Origin: Candidatus Tenderia sp.
Lineage (GTDB): Bacteria; Pseudomonadota; Gammaproteobacteria; Tenderiales; Tenderiaceae
Reading direction: 5' to 3'
NCBI GenBank assembly: GCA_031416075.1
Contig: JANOSY010000056.1
Span: 1-64,000 of the forward strand
Length of the DNA: 64,000 nt
A program made the translations under genes and the position numbers. The notes under the pieces are model-generated. The model did no database searches. It was not told the origin of the DNA and saw only the letters and a list, made by a program, of their open reading frames with translations. Positions 1-8,092 of this stretch are shown here, in pieces. How positions within the stretch are numbered: position 1 is the stretch's first letter; each line of letters opens with the position of its first letter.

Positions 1-134
1 CCGTCCAGATGGCATGAAATGCCTGAGAGTGGACGAAAACCTTGGGAATTTTTCGCTAAATATCGTTATTTTTGGCTGTTTTTAGAAAAATCACCGGCAT
101 GTGGAGGTTGCGGAGTTTGATTTTCAACGGCCTG
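1..134 (+). mobile_element. Right-hand end of an IS5-family element that extends beyond the window's left edge
   Basis: TTTTCAACGGCCTG at 121-134 is followed by CTAA (YTAR-type target). It is nearly identical to the IS end TTTTTCAACAGCCTG|TTAA at 6422-6440. The adhesin ORF terminates just inside it. Confidence 0.7.
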
Positions 135-789
135 CTAATAGTCCCGCATCATCAAAACTCAATATCGCCTGCCTGCCTGCGGCCAAGGTAACAGAACCAA
201 GATTGGCGGCGATGAGGCCGCTGTTCTCTACCCGCCTGCCCAATAGCGCGACGTTGCCGCCCAGTGAGGCGTTAATGGTGCCGCGATTGATCACTACGCC
301 GTCGCTGCCCACCACTTCGTTAAACAGGTAATCCCTGTTCATGAAGTCGCTGGTTTTAATATCCAGCGCCGAGGCGATGATGCCCCCGACGTTGATCACA
401 GCATCTGGCGTAAAAAAGATACCGTTGGGATTCACCAGAATCACCTGGCCATTGGCATCAATACGACCGCGAATCTCGGAGGCGGAATTGCTGAGGATAT
501 GATTGAGAGAGATAGAGGACTGGTTGGGCTGAAAGTACTGCACCCGCTCGTTGCTGTTGACGTTGTAGCCCTGCCAGTCAATGGCCATGTTCTGGCTGTT
601 CTGCTGGATGGTGGTGGTAACTCCACTCTGGCTGATGCTGCCTTCACCGCCAGTGACAACGCCGCCTTCGGGTCCGGCGTAAATAGCGGGTGTGCAGAAC
701 ATGGAGATGAGCAGCAGTGTCTGCCTGACTGGCACGACCCGTAAACTGAGTGGAGCTGTATGGGCCACTGCGTTTTTTTGTCTGCTCAT
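124..789 (-). pseudogene. Filamentous haemagglutinin/TpsA N-terminal secretion domain, truncated by IS insertion
   Basis: Signal peptide, then GPEGGVVTGG...IDWQGYNV...QP...GRIDANGQVILVNPNGIFF (NPNG motif of the haemagglutination-activity domain). The frame runs into the IS end at about 135 and stops. Confidence 0.85.
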
Positions 790-840
790 TGTTGTTGTCC
801 TGTGTTATGTAGTGCTAACGCCACATTGGTAAATGTAATG

Positions 841-1077
841 CTATAAGTTTTTTTTTGAACGATTGGTTAGCTGACGGGTATAAAACAAATCGCCTAAAAA
901 ACCACCAATAGTAACTAATGATAAAAAGATAATGACGTACATCTCAGAAAAATCCTCTATTTCTCCTTGTCCCAAGAAAAGAATACGGACCTGATATTGA
1001 GAGACTCCCGAAACAACCATAAATCCAATGATCGAAAAGAGAAGCATACCAATTACTATTGATGACAATCGTTTCAT
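841..1077 (-). CDS. Small two-TM membrane protein, candidate immunity/partner of the Tae4-like amidase
   Basis: ATG at 1077 overlaps the amidase stop (ATGA). 78 aa with two hydrophobic segments; AT-rich. Confidence 0.6.
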   Translation of the reverse strand: MKRLSSIVIGMLLFSIIGFMVVSGVSQYQVRILFLGQGEIEDFSEMYVIIFLSLVTIGGFLGDLFYTRQLTNRSKKNL

Positions 1078-1565
1078 GGTACTGCCCAAAACCAAATTGA
1101 GTCAGCCCCTCTATAGTCTGAACCGATACCAACAGAGCCAAAGCGTAAATAAATCTGCGCTATTGACATGGGGTGAGTCAGGCGATAACCATTCCAAAGA
1201 TCGATGTGGTCTCCCTGATTCCCAGGGCCATAATAGTTCTGAAAGAAGATAATGCCCCGCTTCCCTTTTATCTTTTCAAACACATCCTTGCCTGAAAATT
1301 TCTGCACCTTCGGCATCATCACGCCACTGCCTCTGCCAAAGGGGGAGGTTAACCAGTTGGCCAGTTCCTGGGCGCGAATGGCATATTTAGGCTTTCCCTT
1401 CTGCCAGGAGAGTTGCCCCTTGAAGGTTTTAACATTGACCCCTGAACGCATCAATACCGCATAGAGGTTAATGGCGCACTGGCTCTGGTAGGCGCCTTTA
1501 TCCAGCAGCGGAGCCTCACCTTTGACGTTGGGGTGGTTATCCCAGAGTTTTGAAAATGACAGCAT
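1074..1565 (-). CDS. tae4: Tae4-family T6SS peptidoglycan amidase effector
   Basis: Catalytic Cys in YQSQCAINL, AIRAQELANWL, GIIFFQNY and catalytic His in GDHIDLWNG. No signal peptide. RBS-like AGGGGA precedes the ATG at 1565. Confidence 0.8.
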   Translation of the reverse strand: MLSFSKLWDNHPNVKGEAPLLDKGAYQSQCAINLYAVLMRSGVNVKTFKGQLSWQKGKPKYAIRAQELANWLTSPFGRGSGVMMPKVQKFSGKDVFEKIKGKRGIIFFQNYYGPGNQGDHIDLWNGYRLTHPMSIAQIYLRFGSVGIGSDYRGADSIWFWAVP

Positions 1566-1589
1566 GTGCAACGTCCCCTGTAATCGCTG

Positions 1590-2930
1590 TTAATATTCCG
1601 TATATAAAAATTCGGCAAAACCGGCTGATTCTCCGTTAGAGAACGCAATCAGCATTAAGTCACCAATACTGGGAATCATACTGGTAGACAAGTTGGCGCT
1701 CAATCCTGTATAGCTATTCCGTAAATTTAACTGATCACATTCATCAAAAATAACGTTGAATAGATAAATTCCGCTATCTGGAGTCGGTGTGATTTTGTCG
1801 CCGCGAACAGCACAGCCTGAAAAATATCCACTTATAGAGATACCAAAATGCTCAAGCCCTCCTTCTTCAGAAATCTTAAATAAAGTTGCTGTGTCAGAGG
1901 CGTATGGCTGATAAAAAGCTCCACCCCATACACTCCTTGTCACCGTATTCACCACCCGCGCCAGCGATGCTGCCTGTGCATTTAACGAAAGGTTATACAG
2001 CACATCAAACGTGCCATTGCCCGCACCACTGCCAGCCAGGGTGCCCGCAATTTTAGAGCCAGCGGTGATGGTGCCAGAGACGACTATTGGAGTGGTACTA
2101 ATACGTGCACCACTTTTGTAAAGGGTGACACTGCCGCTGTAATTGCTGCCGGTGATGGTGATGGTGCCGTCATAGAGTAGTTGTTGCCCCAGACTCATGA
2201 GCATGAGGCGGTTGCCGTTGACCATGGCCCGCAGGTCGGGGATGTTGAGGTTGGTGGTATTGTTGTCGGCTTTGACATCGGCCGTGCCGGTGTAATATCC
2301 GGTGGCGGTGACGCCGCAGTTGACGGTGATGGTGGTGATGTTTTGTTGCGCGACGGTGCCGGTGTTGCTGCTGACACTACAGCTATAGCCGCTGGGTTGA
2401 GTATGAACGGTGACGCTGTAACTGCTCCCTTCCAGTTGAGCCGTTAGGAATTGGTAGCTGCCATCGGCACTGACGCTGAGCTGTTCACTGCTGTTGTTTT
2501 GTAAAATGACGGGATCACTGCCGAGGCCAGTGACGCTGCCACCAATCGTATAGGTGGGGAGGGCAATACAGCTCACATCAATATTAATAATGTTCTGCGA
2601 ACCCACAGTACCTGTACCGTTACTGACACTACAGCTGTAACCTGTGGGCTGGGTAAGTACGGTGATGTTGTAAGCGATGCCCTGGGTGAGGGCGGTGGTG
2701 AATGTATAGGTGCCGTTTGCGCCGACGCTGAGAGTTTCTGTCCCGTTGTTGTTTTGCAAAACCACCGGGGTATTGCCTAGGCCCGTTACACTACCGCCCA
2801 CAGTGTAAGTAGGGGCGGGGCCACCACTGCCACCGCCACACGCTTGCAGGAGTAGCGTGAGGCCCAGCAACAGTAACAGGGCCAGGGGCTGTGGGGCGTG
2901 GCGGTGGGGATTGTTCTTTGGTGTTGTCAT
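1590..2930 (-). CDS. Surface lipoprotein with two tandem ~85-aa beta-rich repeats
   Basis: Lipobox LLLQAC followed by GGGSGG. Two repeats of the form YT[VI]GGSVTGL...LQNN...Y..TV.TQP.GYSCSVS..TGTV...NI..I.V.C. Confidence 0.75.
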   Translation of the reverse strand: MTTPKNNPHRHAPQPLALLLLLGLTLLLQACGGGSGGPAPTYTVGGSVTGLGNTPVVLQNNNGTETLSVGANGTYTFTTALTQGIAYNITVLTQPTGYSCSVSNGTGTVGSQNIINIDVSCIALPTYTIGGSVTGLGSDPVILQNNSSEQLSVSADGSYQFLTAQLEGSSYSVTVHTQPSGYSCSVSSNTGTVAQQNITTITVNCGVTATGYYTGTADVKADNNTTNLNIPDLRAMVNGNRLMLMSLGQQLLYDGTITITGSNYSGSVTLYKSGARISTTPIVVSGTITAGSKIAGTLAGSGAGNGTFDVLYNLSLNAQAASLARVVNTVTRSVWGGAFYQPYASDTATLFKISEEGGLEHFGISISGYFSGCAVRGDKITPTPDSGIYLFNVIFDECDQLNLRNSYTGLSANLSTSMIPSIGDLMLIAFSNGESAGFAEFLYTEY

Positions 2931-2994
2931 GGCGCTCTTCTCGTCTGCGGGCGGTGTTATGTGGGTGGGTGTGTTTGTGTGTCAGGGGGCGCGG

Positions 2995-4152
2995 TTAGCC
3001 GATGATGCCTCTAACTGCTCTTGCGGCTTCTTCGGTGATTTTTCGCATCAACCGCTCAAGGATGTTGCGCATGAAGGCGCGGGTGAGCTGTTCTACGCTC
3101 TTGACGACTTTCATTCCCACTAACTGCATGATTTTACGCATGAGGCGCAATACCCAGACGCTGGTCTCTTTGGCGAGGTCGATCCCTTTGAGCAGCAGCC
3201 AGGCGATTTTATCCGCCAGGGTGAAGAAGGTCATAAAGCCCATCTGTATGGATGCCACCGCGCCCGCCATGATGCTTTGCAGGACCCACTGCAGTCCGGC
3301 GTTGATGAAGGCCCATGTGTGGGGGTTGAGCGGACTCACGGGGGCGTCCGATGCCAGCCATTGCTGTATCGCTTTTTGATTGCTGGTCAGCGGCGGGGGG
3401 CGCTTCAGCATTTTCCAGGTTCGCCCTTCAACCGATTTAATGTAAGCAGCCATTTTGTGGGCGGCACCGCTCAGCATGACCTGGGAGGAAGGAACGTGGT
3501 AGCCATGGCCAGGGGTGGGGGCGTGTGAAAAGGGGTAGACGGGCGCCATGGTGACGGGGTCTGTCTCGTGATAGACGCGGTGGATGTTGCCTGTTTTGAG
3601 CCGGGTGGTGACGGTGGTGGCAAAAAATTCAAAGCCGACGCGCGGGCAACCAAAGGTATAAAGCAGCACGCGCAACGCGGTATGTGTTCTCACCCAGTCG
3701 GCGGCCAGCGTGGCCACCGCGCCACCCAGGCTGTGGCCGATGCAGTGAATGCGGTTGACCCCGTATAGATTGCCCGCGATAAACGCACGCAGTTGCGTCA
3801 ACAGGCTGGTGAAGGCGTGGTTGAATCCCAGGTGCACGGGCAGGCCGGTCACTGAGCGTTCTACGCCCAGACGAAAATCACTCATGATGTCCGCGCCGTA
3901 ATTGGAGAGGGTGGTGCCTCTGAAGATCAGGAAGAGATCGTTTTCATACCCCTTGCCTCCCCGTGCGCAGACAGCAAAGCTGTCTTGGGTGTTGAGCAGG
4001 CGTGAACCAACTGCGGCTTTGAGGACGATTTTGCTTTGGGGGTTGGGGGTGAAGATTTTGTTGGCTAGGAATGCTTTTAAAACAAAATTATCTTGAACGT
4101 CATAAACATCATTAGCTAACTTAGCGGCAACAGCAGGAGTAATAATGGTCAT
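2995..4152 (-). CDS. Class-3 lipase family protein, probable T6SS lipase effector
   Basis: LIFRGT, VHLGF, GHSLGG nucleophile elbow, YTFGCPRVG and DPV motifs. No signal peptide. Coupled by ATGA to the upstream lipoprotein. Confidence 0.85.
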   Translation of the reverse strand: MTIITPAVAAKLANDVYDVQDNFVLKAFLANKIFTPNPQSKIVLKAAVGSRLLNTQDSFAVCARGGKGYENDLFLIFRGTTLSNYGADIMSDFRLGVERSVTGLPVHLGFNHAFTSLLTQLRAFIAGNLYGVNRIHCIGHSLGGAVATLAADWVRTHTALRVLLYTFGCPRVGFEFFATTVTTRLKTGNIHRVYHETDPVTMAPVYPFSHAPTPGHGYHVPSSQVMLSGAAHKMAAYIKSVEGRTWKMLKRPPPLTSNQKAIQQWLASDAPVSPLNPHTWAFINAGLQWVLQSIMAGAVASIQMGFMTFFTLADKIAWLLLKGIDLAKETSVWVLRLMRKIMQLVGMKVVKSVEQLTRAFMRNILERLMRKITEEAARAVRGIIG

Positions 4153-4691
4153 TTTCTGTTTTCCTTATCAATTGAATTCCATACACAGGATGTTACTAAA
4201 AGCCCGCCCTTTGCTTCGACAGGAACTGGCTCATCTGTCAGTTCGCACCTTAAATTGATAGGGACTCCTCCTAATTCACCGTACTCCTCGCCCTCATCAT
4301 GTTTTCCCATCCCCCATATTTGATACTCCTGCCCTTGGTAATGAACAAAAATACTTTGGTGTGCCACAAACTCAGCCGGAAAAAGCTGCCTGAGCACCCG
4401 GTTCATCACCGGCAATGAGAATCGGCCTTTTTCATCGGTCACCGTAGTCTCAGTCTCCCCCTTTTCATCCTTCCATCTAACAATGAGTGCCACCTTAGCC
4501 CCCACAGCAGGCTTGCCCTGAAAGGTAATTGTGCCCTCCATGGCGGAAAACACGCAGACATCCTCAGCTTGCAACCACATATCCTCTCCTTCATTTTCAC
4601 CGTTACATGCAGCGACTGACAATACCATCGCCAGTAATAAGGCAACAGCAGACGTACGTTTGATAGTCACCATGGCACCCCCCTTCATCAC
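4149..4691 (-). CDS. Lipoprotein with transthyretin/carboxypeptidase-regulatory-like fold (DUF6795-like), candidate lipase immunity protein
   Basis: Lipobox SVAAC; FSAMEGTITFQGKPAVGAKV...TDEKGRFSLP...C-terminal Cys pair. Its stop overlaps the lipase start. The true start may be the later Met of MVTIKR. Confidence 0.7.
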   Translation of the reverse strand: MMKGGAMVTIKRTSAVALLLAMVLSVAACNGENEGEDMWLQAEDVCVFSAMEGTITFQGKPAVGAKVALIVRWKDEKGETETTVTDEKGRFSLPVMNRVLRQLFPAEFVAHQSIFVHYQGQEYQIWGMGKHDEGEEYGELGGVPINLRCELTDEPVPVEAKGGLLVTSCVWNSIDKENRK

Positions 4692-4747
4692 GCCAGCATC
4701 ACAGCCCGGTATGAGTTACGCGCAACACTATTCTGCACTGCAAAATA

Positions 4748-6092
4748 TCAGGTATCCCCCACTGCGCCAACCCTTGTGAATTCTGCGGTGAGGATGTGGA
4801 TGGTGTCACGCCCGGCCCAGCCATCAAGGGTGTCGCTGATGGCAGCGACATCGCCGAGGGTGAAGGTGTCGTCCCTGTTGCCGCCAATCAGGTTTTTAAT
4901 GCCGCTGAAGTTGATGGTGTTGCTGCCGGTGGTGGTGATCTTCCCCGCATCGCTGCCACTGATTAACCAGCTGGCAATCTCATTTCCACCGCGCAGAGTA
5001 TCGTTGCCACCACCACCGCTGAGATCAGCGATGGCGAGACCGGCGGCGTTGAGGTTAAAGCGATCATTACCCGCGCCACCATTAAGGGTACCAGCGATGG
5101 CTGTGGCGAGGTCGAAGGTATCATTACCGTTGCCACCCTTGAGCGTGATGGTGACAGTGTCATCACCGATATTATCGCCCGCGCGGATGGCACCGTTGGC
5201 GGTAGCGGTAAAGGTGCTGTCACTGTTGCCCTGACCAAAGTTGAGCGCCAGGGCAGTGGTGACGGGGCTGGCGGCCAGGCCATCGCTGCCGATGCCTTCG
5301 ACTCTCCCGCTCACGGTGAGGTGGCGATCGGTATTGACGGTGAGACTGCCCGCCACGCTGATGTTGTTGAGCGTGGTGGTGGCGGCGCTGTTCTTCACCC
5401 ATGCGTCAGCCAGGTAGCCGTCCGCACGGCTCAGGTTGATGTTGCCTTGCAAACTGTTGTTGTTGGCGAGGTTGATTTTTCCATCCATGGCGGTGGAGGT
5501 GATGATGGTCGCACCAGTGACGGTCAAAGTGTCATTGGTGCTGCCCTGTTGAATGCTGAGATTGTCACCGTTTTTACCGGCGGTGGTGATGTTTAATTGC
5601 GCGACCGACATCTTCACGAGCAGCGTGGTGCCCGTCATGTTGAGGGTAGCGTTGCCACTGCCGGTGTTGATGGATACGGTTCTGCTAGCGGAGGAGGCGG
5701 CGCTGTAGTTAACGCCCGTCACATTGAAATCGCCGCCACGGGTATCAACTGTAAGATTTGCGGCATTATCAACCACAACATTGCCCGTACCGTTGTTATC
5801 CCGGTCGGCGTTTACATTGACCGATAGTGGCCCCGTGGCGGCAATGCCGCCGTAGAGGGAAATGTGATCACCGGCATTCAGCGTGAGCACGCCTGTAGCA
5901 CTGGCGACCGCCGAATAAAAATTTACACCGCCGCCATTGCTCGCCGTCACGGTCAGATCACCGCCAAGGTTGAGAGTATTGACAGTGCTACTGTTTCTAA
6001 CAAAGGTAATGTTGCCCGTCGTGGTGCCTGTGCTGCCATCGGCATTCACCTCCCGTGCACCCACGGTGGTGATGGTGGTGGCATCCTGCCGA
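4748..6092 (-). pseudogene. Internal fragment of a large beta-helical adhesin with RTX-like GGxGxD repeats
   Basis: Thr/Gly/Asn-rich sequence with GGNGNDTF, GGAGNDRF, GGGGNDTL, GGNRDDTF and GWAGRDTI repeats. No native start; fused at about 6093 to the truncated transposase. Confidence 0.75.
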
Positions 6093-6436
6093 CAGCTGGC
6101 GTTCACTGCGAATAGTGAAAAGCACCTGAAGCATCTGGGCCCTCAGTAACCGCCCTGGCGGAATCGATTCGCGACCATATTCTGAATAGGCACCATGCCC
6201 AAAGCGCTTCGCGGGGCCCTCAAGCAGCCAGCTGATGCGTTTCAGGGCCTCGTTGAATAAAGTGCGAATTGGACATAGTGGGTGGTTCTTGGGGACGAAG
6301 GTTTCGAGGTGAACCGTGGTGAACAGGGATTCTTGAGTAATATCTGCGCCGCGCATTTTTGGATCTTGGGTTGGGGATTGTCGGTGACGGTAGTCTACAG
6401 GGGGCAATGATGGCGCGGTAGTTTTTCAACAGCCTG
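6093..6436 (-). mobile_element. Truncated IS5-family element: left end plus N-terminal ~88 codons of the transposase (ATG at 6356)
   Basis: Terminal TTAA|CAGGCTGTTGAAAAAC. Translation MRGADITQESLF...VPKNHPL.PIR...GRESIPP..LLRA..LQVLFTIRSERQL is typical of the IS5/DUF772 N-terminus and breaks off after RSERQL. Confidence 0.85.
6196..6217. repeat. 22-nt mini-hairpin element, copy 1, in frame inside the transposase
   Basis: TGCCCAAAGCGCTTCGCGGGGC; 19/22 identical to 18361-18382. Confidence 0.7.
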
Positions 6437-6469
6437 TTAAGAACCCACATCCTCCTCATCGCTATAACT

Positions 6470-6890
6470 CTAATCACTCGGCAACATCACAGCGATGCCA
6501 TAGCCCGCGCCACTGCTGTTGGCGATGTTGGCCAGCAGTGCGTAGTGTTTGGCCATGAGTTTGGCCTCTTCTGCCGTTTGGTTTTGTCGCTGTTTTTCGA
6601 TAATCGCGGCGGCCTGGATGAGTTATGCTTCGTAGGCACTGCACTGCTGGGCGTTGACGGGGGTGATGATGACCATTTGTCCGGGGTAGACCTGTGGCCC
6701 GAGGTGGCTGTTTGACGAGGCCGTAGGGCATTGCGTCGGGGATGGGGCTGGCAGTGGCGGTTATGGTGGTGCTCCGTGCAGTTTTGTTGAGTAGGGCATA
6801 TACAAAAATCCGTTTATTAAATGGGGCTGCTATTGCGGTCAGGTAGCTATATTTGTCACGCCAGCAGTGGGTGTATCTGTCTTTAGTTAT
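6470..6890 (-). pseudogene. Degraded hypothetical gene with an internal stop and a frame break
   Basis: Protein-like frame NSHLGPQVYPGQMVIITPVNAQQCSAYEA*LIQAAAIIEKQRQ...EEAKLMAKHYALLANIANSSGAGYG with TAA at 6625-6623. The 5' boundary is uncertain. Confidence 0.45.
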
Positions 6891-7177
6891 GGGGCTAAAA
6901 TGGCGTTGAAGGTGATTTCTGAAAAGGGTTTGGTGGACGGCGGTGTTACGATGGAGATGAGGGGCGGCTGGGGGCGTTTGAGGCTGTGCAATCGCTTGAA
7001 TATGTAGAATTTTGTCAGAGCATCCTCAAGTTTCATCACGCCGAGACGACTACAGTGGGGCTGTCGGGGTGGAGGTTGTCCCTGTTTTGATTTGTGAATA
7101 TATTGCCAGTATCGTCTACCTTAAGGATTGGGTGCTGGTGTACTGATAATCAGAGTGTTCCAGGAAGGAGTTGGCTT

Positions 7178-8092
7178 ATGCGGATGGCAATGATCGGTTT
7201 GGGGAAGATGGGTGGCAATATGGCGCGTCGTCTCTGTCGTGGTGGGGTTGAGGTGGTGGGTTACAACCGCTCCGCTGAGATTGTGGATACGCTGGTGGCG
7301 GAGGAGGGCATGGTCGCCGCTACCTCTCTGCGCGATGCGGTGAGTAAGTTACAGGCACCACGGATAGTCTGGCTGATGTTGCCGAGCGGTGAGCCAACTG
7401 AACAGGCGTTGCAGGATCTGGTATCAATGCTGGAGCCGGGCGATGTGGTGGTGGATGGCGGGAACTCCAATTACCACGACAGTCAACGTCGTGGTGTGCT
7501 GTTGAAATCACACGGTATCGGTTTTATGGATGCGGGGACCTCTGGTGGCGTCTGGGGGCTGGCTAATGGTTACTGTTTGATGGTGGGCGGTGAACCGGAG
7601 GTGGCGGCGCAGGTGGAGCCAGCGTTGAAGGTATTGGCACCCGCGGCTGATCGCGGCTGGGCACATGTCGGCCCCGTGGGGGCTGGCCATTTCACCAAGA
7701 TGATCCACAACGGTATTGAATACGGCATGATGCAGGCGATGGCCGAAGGGTTTGCGCTGTTGAAAGGGAAGGGTGAGTTTGATCTCGATCTGGCTAAAAT
7801 TTCTGAGCTGTGGCGGCACTCGTCAGTGGTTCGGAGCTGGTTGCTGGACCTGACGGCAGAGGCGTTGAGTCAGGATCAGCAGCTTAAAGATGTTGCCCCG
7901 TATGTGCCTGATTCCGGTGAGGGACGCTGGACGGTGATTGAATCGATCGATCAGGGCACCGCTGCGCCGGTATTGAGCTTGGCCTTGAGCATGCGTTTTA
8001 CCAGTCAGGATAATGAGGGCTATGACTTCAAGCTGCTCTCCATGATGCGTAACGCCTTTGGGGGCCATGCGGTGAAAAAGGCCGACTCATGA
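7178..8092 (+). CDS. gnd: Decarboxylating 6-phosphogluconate dehydrogenase (short, YqeC/GntZ-like)
   Basis: [39 protein letters not shown] and MRNAFGGH motifs. RBS AGGAAGGAG precedes the ATG at 7178. Confidence 0.95.
   Translation: MRMAMIGLGKMGGNMARRLCRGGVEVVGYNRSAEIVDTLVAEEGMVAATSLRDAVSKLQAPRIVWLMLPSGEPTEQALQDLVSMLEPGDVVVDGGNSNYHDSQRRGVLLKSHGIGFMDAGTSGGVWGLANGYCLMVGGEPEVAAQVEPALKVLAPAADRGWAHVGPVGAGHFTKMIHNGIEYGMMQAMAEGFALLKGKGEFDLDLAKISELWRHSSVVRSWLLDLTAEALSQDQQLKDVAPYVPDSGEGRWTVIESIDQGTAAPVLSLALSMRFTSQDNEGYDFKLLSMMRNAFGGHAVKKADS

Noticed and set aside
801-2962. Shared ACATAACAC (minus strand) upstream of both the adhesin and the repeat-lipoprotein starts
   Set aside because: Only 9 nt at differing distances from the starts; not distinguishable from chance.
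5997-6092. Poly-His tail (CHHHHHRG...) on the transposase ORF
   Set aside because: It is an out-of-frame reading of Thr codons of the adhesin fragment beyond the deletion junction.
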